This document shows positions 1 to 8,504 of a stretch of 64,000 bases of DNA, in pieces. A program made the translations under genes and the position numbers. The notes beneath the pieces are model-generated. The model was not told where the DNA came from. It was given only the letters and a program-made list of their open reading frames with translations, and ran no database searches. Numbering within the stretch: the stretch's first letter is position 1; each line of letters begins with the position of its first letter. Source of the DNA: Candidatus Latescibacterota bacterium (GTDB taxonomy: Bacteria; Latescibacterota; UBA2968; GCA-2709665); NCBI GenBank assembly GCA_965116875.1, contig OZ220733.1, positions 96,001-160,000 on the forward strand, written 5' to 3'.

Positions 1-420
1 CACGCCCGAGGGATTCTCGAATGCCTTGCCGTTGACGTAGACAACCTTGTTCCTGATCTCAATCGTCTGACCTTCCACTGCGATACAACGCTTGATGAAG
101 TCCCGCGACGGATCCTGCGGATATTCGAAAATCACCAGATCTCCGGGTTGCGGAGAACGAAAACCCGGTAATCGAAAGGAAGGCAGCTTGTAGTTCAAAA
201 CCGGCAGGCGATCGGGAATCTGCGTACCGAACGTCAGCTTGTCGCCCAGAACATAGTCGCCCTCCATCAACGTGTTCTCCATGGAACCTGATGGAATATG
301 ATAGGCCTGCACCAGCGTTGCCCGGATCAATACTGCCAGAAAAACAGCAAAGAAGATCGACTTCAGATAATCCACCAGAATCCGTCCGGTACGTGGCCGC
401 CGGTGACGCTGTGACTTCAT
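1..420 (-). CDS. lepB: Signal peptidase I (3' end runs off the window)
   Basis: Not in the ORF track. Manual translation from the ATG at 420 gives MKSQRHRR...FFAVFLAVLIRATLVQAYHIPSGSMENTLMEGD...DFIKRCIAVEGQ: TM helix, catalytic Ser box (SGSM) and Lys box (IKR). GGAGG RBS upstream. Confidence 0.95.
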   Translation of the reverse strand, partial: MKSQRHRRPRTGRILVDYLKSIFFAVFLAVLIRATLVQAYHIPSGSMENTLMEGDYVLGDKLTFGTQIPDRLPVLNYKLPSFRLPGFRSPQPGDLVIFEYPQDPSRDFIKRCIAVEGQTIEIRNKVVYVNGKAFENPSGV

Positions 421-510
421 AGGTTGACCTCCATTACGTCTCCTTGTCCGTATCCTGGAAGCTGAATCAGGTATGCATGCTTACACGCGGAACCGGGTAG
501 CCGGTTCCCT

Positions 511-1497
511 TCAGGCGCCGCCCATACTTGAGAAACAGGGCGCTTCCGGCCGACCGCTGTCGGCGGAACGGTTGGCCGCAAGGGTCACGTCGAGTGAACG
601 AACGCCGTCCTCGTAGTCCGACAGAATGGCCGATCCGTCGCCCTTGCGGATGGCATCCACAAAAACCTCGTCGATATCTCCGGCGTCAGGATGAACGGGT
701 CCCGGATCCGCCGCGGATTCCGGACGGACCACGAGACCTTCCGCACCGAATTCCGCTCGCATGTCTTTCATCACGAACGACATGAGTCCCGTCCCCCCGC
801 CGTTTCGAAACGTGCAGGTGGAGGTCAACGAGCCGATCGCCCCCGATTTGAACTTCAGATTGATCGAATGTACGTCCGGTATATTCAGGTTTTCCTCGTC
901 ATCCAGCGTACGCAATGCGTAATAGGCGTGCACTTCCGCCACCTCGCCTGCAAGAAAGCGCAGCAGATCCACCTGGTGAGTGGTCTGTTCGACAATCTGG
1001 CCACCCGATTGCTCCATAACGCGCCACCACGGTGTTCCAGGCAGCCCGCCCCATCTGTGGACCGCAGCCATCCCGATCTTTCGACCCTCCAGGAATGCCT
1101 TCGCCTGCTGTACGATACCGGAATAACGCAACTGGTAACCCACGCAGGTCAATACGCCCGACTCCCGCACGGCCTCCAGGATTTCGAAGGCCTTTTCCAT
1201 TGTCGGCGCAACGGGTTTTTCCACGAACAGGTGCACACCCTGCCGTACCGCCAGAATCTCGGCGTCGGTATGCGCAAACGTGGGTACGCAGACGTACAGG
1301 GCGCACAGCGATTCACGGTCCAGCATCATCCGATGGTCTGAATATGGCCTCGCGCCGTACTCTCCCGCCACCTGCTCGGCGGTTTCGCGCCGCACGTCGC
1401 AAATCGCCACGATCTCCACGTCCTCAATCGCCTGCAAAACCCGCATATGGGAACTCGCGCGACCCCCGGCGCCGATAAACCCAACCTGTATTGCCAA
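511..1497 (-). CDS. Gfo/Idh/MocA family NAD(P)-dependent oxidoreductase
   Basis: Rossmann motif VGFIGAGG, EKP motif, SGGQIVEQTTHQVD. Confidence 0.92.
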   Translation of the reverse strand: MAIQVGFIGAGGRASSHMRVLQAIEDVEIVAICDVRRETAEQVAGEYGARPYSDHRMMLDRESLCALYVCVPTFAHTDAEILAVRQGVHLFVEKPVAPTMEKAFEILEAVRESGVLTCVGYQLRYSGIVQQAKAFLEGRKIGMAAVHRWGGLPGTPWWRVMEQSGGQIVEQTTHQVDLLRFLAGEVAEVHAYYALRTLDDEENLNIPDVHSINLKFKSGAIGSLTSTCTFRNGGGTGLMSFVMKDMRAEFGAEGLVVRPESAADPGPVHPDAGDIDEVFVDAIRKGDGSAILSDYEDGVRSLDVTLAANRSADSGRPEAPCFSSMGGA

Positions 1498-1698
1498 GGT
1501 ACCCCCTCAAGCTACGATGACGCTACCAGCCGGACCTCAACACTCCGTTGACAGGCTTTATCCACGGGCTGTTAAATTAGCCGGGTGCGGCATGCGCTGT
1601 CAAGCGAAATCAGCAGAAAAGGAAAGATCACGCACATGTTTTTGTCTTTGAATTATCCCCTCCCGGCACGTAACTTACCCGTGCAGGTCACACTTCAA

Positions 1699-1889
1699 CC
1701 AGGATTCGTATGTTTTCGTGGACGTGAAACCGAATATGTGAAAATTGACAAAGGCGATGAAACTGCGGATTACCAGGATACACCAGGTCAATGGATGAGA
1801 ACGGAAAAAATGTGCTTTTGGACGACCTTTTCGGTCCGTTTCGAAAGGTTTCGTCACGGCGCCGCGTTGCTGTTCTTGTCGAATTGAGG
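1699..1889. mobile_element. ~190-bp MITE-like element, family A, copy 1
   Basis: Imperfect terminal inverted repeats (CCAGGATTCG...CGAATTGAGG). TCAA direct repeat on both flanks (1695-1698, 1890-1893). Colinear with the reverse complement of 63777-63966. Confidence 0.85.
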
Positions 1890-1918
1890 TCAATCCCTGA
1901 ACGAAGAGGATGTTTCCC

Positions 1919-2959
1919 ATGCGAGTCGAGGATCTGGATACGCCCGCGCTGACCATAGACCTGGACATACTCTCCAGAAATATCCGCGATCTGGCCGAAT
2001 CCTGCCGCAGGTACAGAATCGCGCTTCGGGTCCATACCAAGACCCACAAGATCCCCGAAATCGCCCACCTTCAGCTTCAGGCCGGCGCCGCGGGAATCGT
2101 TTGCCAGAAGCTGGGAGAAGCGGAGGCGATGGCCGACGCGGGGATTGCCGACATCCTCATTCCGTACAACATCGTTGGCGCCAGGAAAGTGGAACGCCTC
2201 GTCCGTCTCCGGAAGAGGGTAACGATAACCGTCGCCCTGGACTCGGAGACGACGGCACGAGGCATTTCAGACCAGGCGGGTGAACCGGATATTCCCGTAT
2301 TGATCGAACTGGATACCGGCGGCAACCGATGCGGCGTCCAGTCTCCCGAAACAGCCCTGGAACTCGCCCGAAAAGTCGTCCGGATGCCCGGCCTCCGCTT
2401 CCGGGGTATCATGACCTATCCCAGCCGGCCTCAGGCGGAACCCTTTCTGAAACGGACGCGAATGCTTCTGGAAGACGCCGGCATCCCGGTGCCCGTTGTC
2501 AGCGGAGGCGGGACCGGAAGCGAAGCCGTTTCCAAACAGATTGGCTGCACCGAAACCCGCATCGGCTCCTACGTTTTCGAGGGGATGCGGCGTATCAATC
2601 ACACGGACAACCCTCCGAACCCCGTCACCTGTGCAGAACGCATGATCGTGACCGTCGTCAGCACCCCCACTCCCAATCGCATTATCGTGGACGGCGGCCA
2701 GAAAACCTTCGCGAGCTATCCGCCCATCCCGTATGGTTACATCGTGGAACACCCCGATGCCAGAATTAACGGCATGTCGGTCGAACACGGGCATATCGAC
2801 GTCAGCGCCTGCGAACATACGTTCCAGGTAGGGGAACGCCTTTCGATCATTCCCCAGCACCAGGGGATGACCACCAATCTGCACGATACCGCCTACGCGG
2901 TGAGGAACGGAGTTGTCAAAGCCGTGTGGGCCGTTGCCGGCCGGGGCAGGGTCCAATAG
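1919..2959 (+). CDS. DSD1/D-threonine aldolase-like PLP-dependent enzyme (alanine racemase fold)
   Basis: LDTPALTID start, RVHTKTHK PLP-lysine motif, CQKLGEAE, ELDTGGNRCGV, SVEHG. ATG 1919 is better spaced from GAGGA than ATG 1910. Confidence 0.88.
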   Translation: MRVEDLDTPALTIDLDILSRNIRDLAESCRRYRIALRVHTKTHKIPEIAHLQLQAGAAGIVCQKLGEAEAMADAGIADILIPYNIVGARKVERLVRLRKRVTITVALDSETTARGISDQAGEPDIPVLIELDTGGNRCGVQSPETALELARKVVRMPGLRFRGIMTYPSRPQAEPFLKRTRMLLEDAGIPVPVVSGGGTGSEAVSKQIGCTETRIGSYVFEGMRRINHTDNPPNPVTCAERMIVTVVSTPTPNRIIVDGGQKTFASYPPIPYGYIVEHPDARINGMSVEHGHIDVSACEHTFQVGERLSIIPQHQGMTTNLHDTAYAVRNGVVKAVWAVAGRGRVQ

Positions 2960-3060
2960 ACGGCAGGCCGGGACCGCCGCCGCCCGTCGCCGCTGGATCC
3001 AGCCTCCGTCGTTCGCGGCCGGTACATTCCGCAGTTCGTCGATCCGAGAGGAGATTCGCA

Positions 3061-3954
3061 ATGCGCCAGGTACAATGGGAACGCATGTTTCCCGATCAGC
3101 TGGAAGCCGCGTATGAGGATTGTCCGCTTGTCTACTTCCCTTATGGCCTCTGCGAACCTCACGGGCCGCACGACGCGGTGGGCCTGGATGGACTAAAAGC
3201 CCACGGTATCGCCTGCGAGGCCGCGCGTGCGCACGGCGGCATCGTTGCCCCGCCGGACTTCTGGCACATACACGAACTGGGTGGGTACGCGCTGTGGCTC
3301 GAGCGAACCGTGGGGCAGGTCAAACGCTCCTGGATGACCTGCATGCCGCCGTGGCAGCATTTCAAGAACATCTGCTACCACATCCGGATGGCCGACCATC
3401 TCCAATTCCACGCCGCCATCTTGATTACGGGTCATTATGGCCCCAACTGGAAAGACCTCAAAACGCTGATCGACCTGGTGCAACCCCACGTGGGCACCAG
3501 GCTCTACGGCCTTCCGGACCACGAAGCCAACCAGCCCGGCTTCGATCGTGACGGGAAGAGCGGCGGCGACCACGCCGGTAAGGTTGAGACGTCGCTTCTC
3601 TGGGCGCTTCATCCCGACTGCGTGGACCTGTCCCGGTTGCCTCCCGAAGACGCCCCCGGTCCTCATTTTGCAATGGGGCCAACGGTCCGGGAATCAGACC
3701 GTCGCGCTGGTGAGCGCATGGTGGCGGACGAAGTTCGCTGGCTGGGCGACAAGGCCCGGGAACTGCTCGACGAATACAAGAGGAAAAGCCCGGATCACAA
3801 GCTGCGGAATTATGAAGACGTGGAAGCTCTCTGGGAGACCGTGGTTGGCCCGGCGCTCGCTGAATTCGAAACCATGCAGAACAGCTGGTCAGCCGAAACC
3901 CTGCCCGAAACCTCCGTCTGGCATCCCAACTGGCGCGTACCCAAACGGGGATAG
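3061..3954 (+). CDS. Creatininase/amidohydrolase family protein
   Basis: PYGLCEPHGPHDAVGLD, ITGHYG and DHAGKVETS metal motifs. GAGGAG RBS before ATG 3061. Confidence 0.88.
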   Translation: MRQVQWERMFPDQLEAAYEDCPLVYFPYGLCEPHGPHDAVGLDGLKAHGIACEAARAHGGIVAPPDFWHIHELGGYALWLERTVGQVKRSWMTCMPPWQHFKNICYHIRMADHLQFHAAILITGHYGPNWKDLKTLIDLVQPHVGTRLYGLPDHEANQPGFDRDGKSGGDHAGKVETSLLWALHPDCVDLSRLPPEDAPGPHFAMGPTVRESDRRAGERMVADEVRWLGDKARELLDEYKRKSPDHKLRNYEDVEALWETVVGPALAEFETMQNSWSAETLPETSVWHPNWRVPKRG

Positions 3955-4039
3955 ACGTACCGACCTCCGGTTCTACCGCGTACGGACGTACATAAGCACG
4001 AAGCGTGAAAAAACGTATCGGACGCTTCCCGTGTTTCCT

Positions 4040-4420
4040 TTATGTCCGTTCAAGCAGTTCGATCTCGTACCCGTCCGGGTCATCCACAAAGGCCATCTTT
4101 CGTCCCGCGGGAAACGTCTCGCGCCAATCGCCGGGCCAGATTTCGATGCCCTTGTTTTCGAGCCCGTCACAGAACGCAATGAGGTCGGGCACGCCGATTG
4201 CAAGATGCATCAGATCCTCAGGCACGTTCAGATCGTAATCGTCCGAGTAGGTCAGTTCGAGCGTATGGGCGTTGCCCGGCAGTTCCAGGTGCATGATCTG
4301 GTTTCCCGCCGGGGACTTCTCCGACCTGCTCTTCACCACAAAGCCAAAATGGTCGCAATAGAACGCCGCCGACCTGTCCAGGTCGCTTACCCGTATTCTG
4401 GTGTGAAGAAATACCGCCAC
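4040..4420 (-). CDS. VOC/glyoxalase I family protein
   Basis: FLHTRIRVSDLDRSAAFY, LELTY, HLAIGV, AFVDDPDGYEIELLE. Confidence 0.92.
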   Translation of the reverse strand: MAVFLHTRIRVSDLDRSAAFYCDHFGFVVKSRSEKSPAGNQIMHLELPGNAHTLELTYSDDYDLNVPEDLMHLAIGVPDLIAFCDGLENKGIEIWPGDWRETFPAGRKMAFVDDPDGYEIELLERT

Positions 4421-4532
4421 CGCAGGCTCCTTTCTTCAAAATCGATGTCCGCCGGACCAACCGATCAACCGTTCATAAAAAAAGACAGCCGATAGCTGCC
4501 CCTGTGCATGCACCTCCCGTCCCGCCCATCAA

Positions 4533-4907
4533 TCAGCCCGTTGAAACCGTTTCGTTTCCTTCCGTACCGACCGGCGTCTCTTTCCCTTCGATTTCGACGC
4601 CCAGCGCCTCGCGTACCTGCTTGATCGCCTGAAGGTAATAATTCCTGACCGTACTCTTGGAGACGGAGAGCAGCATCGCGATTTCCGCCATGGACTTGCC
4701 CTGCGAGCGAAGGAGAAGCACCTCGTACTTGCGGCCGGTCAGTGTGGGCTCGATCACTCTCCTTACGGCTTCCAGCTTTTCGACGTCCAGATCCATGTTT
4801 GCATATGGATCTGGATCGAGCGAATGCCGGATGATGAATGACAGCGGCACGGTCTCCGTTCGGGGATGACACCGCTCCATCACCGTGTTGTATCTGGGTC
4901 CTCTCAT
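4533..4907 (-). CDS. Small protein with a sigma-70 region 4 / LuxR-type helix-turn-helix
   Basis: LTGRKYEVLLLRSQGKSMAEIAMLLSVSKSTVRNYYLQAIKQVR fits the sigma r4 HTH pattern. AGGAG RBS upstream. Confidence 0.75.
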   Translation of the reverse strand: MRGPRYNTVMERCHPRTETVPLSFIIRHSLDPDPYANMDLDVEKLEAVRRVIEPTLTGRKYEVLLLRSQGKSMAEIAMLLSVSKSTVRNYYLQAIKQVREALGVEIEGKETPVGTEGNETVSTG

Positions 4908-5025
4908 GCCGGGATCTGACTCCTCGTTTGACCGATGACTTCCCCCGCTGCCGCGGGCGCAGTTTCACACGTCGACAATTTAGCCAGTTCTCTTCACCCA
5001 GGCAAGAGAAAACTCAAACTTCGGT

Positions 5026-5958
5026 TCAGTCCAGCGGCCGCCGTGCGAAGCCCAACCCGTCGGCAGCCTGCAGCACGCGTTCGTTCAGCCGGTCCGCGTG
5101 CAACAGTGTTTCGCGGTCCGGTGTCAACGCGAGGCTGCGCACCGTTGAATGTCTGATAATTCCCCTCGCGGCCAACAGCCGCTTCTCCACCACCAGGTAA
5201 AGCTCCATATCCTGAAGGGAGAAGACGATCTGCGCCAGGATCCCGTCGAACACGTCAAGCGCGCCGTCCACGTCGCCGGCCGACCCCAGCTCCCAGATCC
5301 GATTCATCAGATCCGCGTGCCCGAGCCCCGGCATCACGCCCGCAACGCCCCACTCGAACAGGTCAGGCATATACATGCCACCCCAGCCCTCCAGCACTGC
5401 GACCCCGTCATTCGTCTCCTCCCGAATGCCGCGAAGCTTGCGGCCCAGAAGCGGTTCCTCCAGTTTGATATACCTGAAATTGTCACAAGTTTCGCGAAGT
5501 TGACGACAGAAGGCGCCGTCGACGGTCGGCCCGCCCGGATTGAAATCCTGAATCAGGACCGGAACCTTCACCGCGTCACAGACGGTCCGGCAATAGCCCA
5601 GCAGATCCGCATCCGTCGTGCCGAACTGTCTCGGAATTGCGAAACTGATGACGTCGGCGCCGGCATCCACGTTGGCCCGCGCGAAGTTCGCCGCCTGCCG
5701 GGCCGAAGGGTGGTTCGACTGACCGACCACCGGAATTCTCCCGGCGGCGGACGACACCGCTGCGCGGACGACAGCAAGACGCTCGCGTCCCGACTGCTTG
5801 TAAAACTCGCTCGCGTATGCAGGCAGACAGACCGCCCCGATGCCGAACGCCACCGCCGCCTCCACCTGCCGTCCGATATCTTCAAATACGATCTCTTCCC
5901 GGACGTCGAATGGCGTTACAAGCACCGCCGCAACCCCCCGGATTTCTTCGAAGGACAT
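5026..5958 (-). CDS. Dihydrodipicolinate synthase (DapA/NanA) family protein
   Basis: VLVTPFD, SEFYKQS, GRIPVVGQ, Schiff-base Lys in RYIKLE. Confidence 0.88.
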   Translation of the reverse strand: MSFEEIRGVAAVLVTPFDVREEIVFEDIGRQVEAAVAFGIGAVCLPAYASEFYKQSGRERLAVVRAAVSSAAGRIPVVGQSNHPSARQAANFARANVDAGADVISFAIPRQFGTTDADLLGYCRTVCDAVKVPVLIQDFNPGGPTVDGAFCRQLRETCDNFRYIKLEEPLLGRKLRGIREETNDGVAVLEGWGGMYMPDLFEWGVAGVMPGLGHADLMNRIWELGSAGDVDGALDVFDGILAQIVFSLQDMELYLVVEKRLLAARGIIRHSTVRSLALTPDRETLLHADRLNERVLQAADGLGFARRPLD

Positions 5959-6120
5959 GTCGAACCTCCACGAACTCTGTCAATGGGCGATCGCATCCTT
6001 CCACAGACGCCCCTCAGGGAACGGACAGGCTGTGGCGAGAGAGAACGAAGACCCGGTAACAACGCCGCGCGCCGGCCGCCGGTTGCAGGAAATCACGCCC
6101 CCGGCGCACGCCGCCAGCGG

Positions 6121-6149
6121 TTGACTCCGGCGCATGGATATGTTAAATT
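6121..6149 (+). promoter_or_regulatory. Putative sigma70 promoter of rel
   Basis: TTGACT - 17 nt - TAAATT with a TGn extended -10. Confidence 0.6.
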
Positions 6150-6219
6150 GAAAGGCCCGATGGTATTCGCCAAGAGACGGCCCGGGGACGCGGGCCGATA
6201 CAATCCGATGGAGGTCTCC

Positions 6220-8424
6220 GTGGCGCTGCTGACGGCCGGATCCGAATCCCACCCCGCCATCGAAGCCATTTTCGAATCTGAGTCGGCATTCCCCGATCTT
6301 CAGAACCTGCTCCGGGCTGCGATCGACGTCCGCCCGAACCAGAATCTGAACCTCATTGCCAAAGCCTACCACTTTGCCGAACTGGCTCATCGCAATCAGC
6401 AACGCAAATCGGGTGATCCCGCCATCTCCCATGCAGTGGCTGTGTGCCGCATCATTATCGACCTTGGCCTGGACTCTGCCACCATCGCGGCCGGCCTGCT
6501 GCACGACGTCGTCGACGAGACCCACGTTCCGCTCTCTCAGATCGAATCCCATTTCGGGCCCCAGATCGCAGGCCTCGTGGATGGCGTTTCCCGGATCAGG
6601 GATTTTTCGTTTCAGAGCCCCGAATCGGAACAGGCCGAAAATTTCCGCAAGATGCTGCTGTCAATGGCCCGCGACATCCGCGTGGTTCTGGTCAAACTGG
6701 CGGACCGCCTGCACAATATGCGCACCCTCAAGTATATGCGGCCCGCAAGCCAGGAACGCATGATCAGCGAAAGTCGCGACATCTACGCGCCCCTTGCCCA
6801 CCGGCTTGGCATGTCCCGAATGCGTGCGGAACTCGAAGATCTCAGCCTCAAGTGGCTGGAACCGAAAGCGTACCGGTATATCCAGGAAAAGATCAATCTG
6901 ACGCGCGAGGAGCGGGAGTCCTGCATCGAAGCCGTGCAGAAACCGCTTGCGGAAGCGCTCGAAGAGGCCGGAATTCAGGCCGAAATGACAGGCCGTTCAA
7001 AGAATTTCAGCAGTATTTACAAGAAAATGAACGTGCGCGGAAAAACCTTCGACGAAATCTACGATCTTCTTGCGCTTCGTATTCTGGTTGAAACCGTTCC
7101 GGAATGTTACAACGTTCTGGGCCTGGTGCACACGATGTATCCGCCGGTCATGGCCCGTTTCAAAGACTTCATCGCCACGCCCAAGAGCAACATGTACCAG
7201 TCGCTTCACACGACAATTGTGGGACCGAACGGCATGATGCTGGAGGTGCAGATCCGCACGCGGGAAATGCATCAGACGGCGGAGGTCGGGATCGCGGCCC
7301 ATTGGCTTTACAAGGAGGGCAAGCGCGGCCCGTCCGAAATGGACCGTCATATGGCCTGGCTGCGCAGCCTTCTGGAGTGGCAGCGTGAAACCAGCGATCC
7401 GCGGGAATTCCTGGATGACCTTAAGGTGGATCTCTTTCCGAACGAGATCTACGTCTTCACCCCCAAGGGCGACCTCATCCAGCTGCCGGAGGATGCCACG
7501 CCTCTGGACTTTGCATTTGCGGTGCACACCGACGTAGGGCTGCGATGTACCGGCAGCCGCGTGGACGACCGGATGGTCCCCCTGTCTACCCCGCTGCAAA
7601 CGGGCAGTACCGTCGAGGTAATGACTTCACCTCATCAGAGACCCAATCGTGACTGGCTCGATTTTGTCAAGAGCGCGAAAGCCCGCAGCCGAATCAAGCG
7701 GTGGTTACGCGAGGAAGCGTATTCTCAAAGCGTCCGGCTTGGCCAGGACATCCTGGATCGCGAACTCAAGAGACGGCGGAAACGGACCGCTGAAGACAAA
7801 CTCGAATCGGCCGCCGCACACTTCAATCTGCGGGACATCGAACATCTCTACGCCAGCCTGGGAAACGGGACCGTCTCACTGGAACGGGTGGTACATCAGA
7901 TCTTTCCCGCGGCCCGTCCCACTCCGAAACGACCGCGCGTGGAACCCAGGAAGCCGGTCCGAAAAAACCCGATCGTCATTCACAGTCTGAATCACCTGAT
8001 GATTCAGTTCGCCCGCTGCTGCCAGCCCATTTACGGTGACGTCGTTCTCGGCGTAATTACACGGGGGAAGGGCATCTCCGTGCACCGGCGGGACTGTCAC
8101 AACATTTCAAACCTGCCTGAAGGGCGCGACCGCCTGGTTGACGTGGACTGGAATTCCGAAGAAGAAACGACGTTCACGGTGCAGATTCGCGTCAGTGGCG
8201 CCGACCGCCCCAATTTCCTCCGCGACGTCAGCCACGCGATATCGGGCCTTGGCGTGCCTGTGATCGAGGGCATGCTGAACACCGACGGCGGCCATGTCGG
8301 CAACCGGTTCACCGTAGAGGTCAGAAACGTCGCACAGCTCCGCGAACTCAGAAAAAAAATCCTCTCCGTTCCCGGCGTCTCATCCGTTCAGCGCATAAAC
8401 GGAACATCCGACGACGTCTTGTAG
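6220..8424 (+). CDS. rel: Long RelA/SpoT homologue (Rel): HD, synthetase, TGS, ZFD and ACT domains
   Basis: KLADRLHN, YAPLAHRLG, RFKDFIATPKSNMYQSLHTT, EVQIRT, TPLDFAFAVHT, ARCCQP...HRRDC. Likely start is GTG 6220 (GGAGG at 6210) or ATG 6208. The ORF-track extension to 5149 is antisense to the DapA gene. Confidence 0.96.
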   Translation: MALLTAGSESHPAIEAIFESESAFPDLQNLLRAAIDVRPNQNLNLIAKAYHFAELAHRNQQRKSGDPAISHAVAVCRIIIDLGLDSATIAAGLLHDVVDETHVPLSQIESHFGPQIAGLVDGVSRIRDFSFQSPESEQAENFRKMLLSMARDIRVVLVKLADRLHNMRTLKYMRPASQERMISESRDIYAPLAHRLGMSRMRAELEDLSLKWLEPKAYRYIQEKINLTREERESCIEAVQKPLAEALEEAGIQAEMTGRSKNFSSIYKKMNVRGKTFDEIYDLLALRILVETVPECYNVLGLVHTMYPPVMARFKDFIATPKSNMYQSLHTTIVGPNGMMLEVQIRTREMHQTAEVGIAAHWLYKEGKRGPSEMDRHMAWLRSLLEWQRETSDPREFLDDLKVDLFPNEIYVFTPKGDLIQLPEDATPLDFAFAVHTDVGLRCTGSRVDDRMVPLSTPLQTGSTVEVMTSPHQRPNRDWLDFVKSAKARSRIKRWLREEAYSQSVRLGQDILDRELKRRRKRTAEDKLESAAAHFNLRDIEHLYASLGNGTVSLERVVHQIFPAARPTPKRPRVEPRKPVRKNPIVIHSLNHLMIQFARCCQPIYGDVVLGVITRGKGISVHRRDCHNISNLPEGRDRLVDVDWNSEEETTFTVQIRVSGADRPNFLRDVSHAISGLGVPVIEGMLNTDGGHVGNRFTVEVRNVAQLRELRKKILSVPGVSSVQRINGTSDDVL

Positions 8425-8504
8425 GTATCCGGGGAACGCGTCGTCAAACGGCGCCACGCAATATTCAGGACGTTCCTCCGTCTCCCATCGCACGGCGCCA
8501 ACCG

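Noticed and set aside
489-508. 8-bp hairpin after the oxidoreductase stop as an intrinsic terminator
   Set aside because: No U-tract follows on the coding strand and lepB continues downstream, so it is not supportable as a terminator.
1558-1566. DnaA-box-like TTATCCACG
   Set aside because: A single 8/9 match with no cluster and no oriC gene context.
5149-6207. N-terminal extension making Rel 1091 aa
   Set aside because: It is the antisense shadow of the DapA-family gene plus intergenic DNA. A promoter at 6121-6149 and an RBS at 6210 point to a start near 6208-6220.
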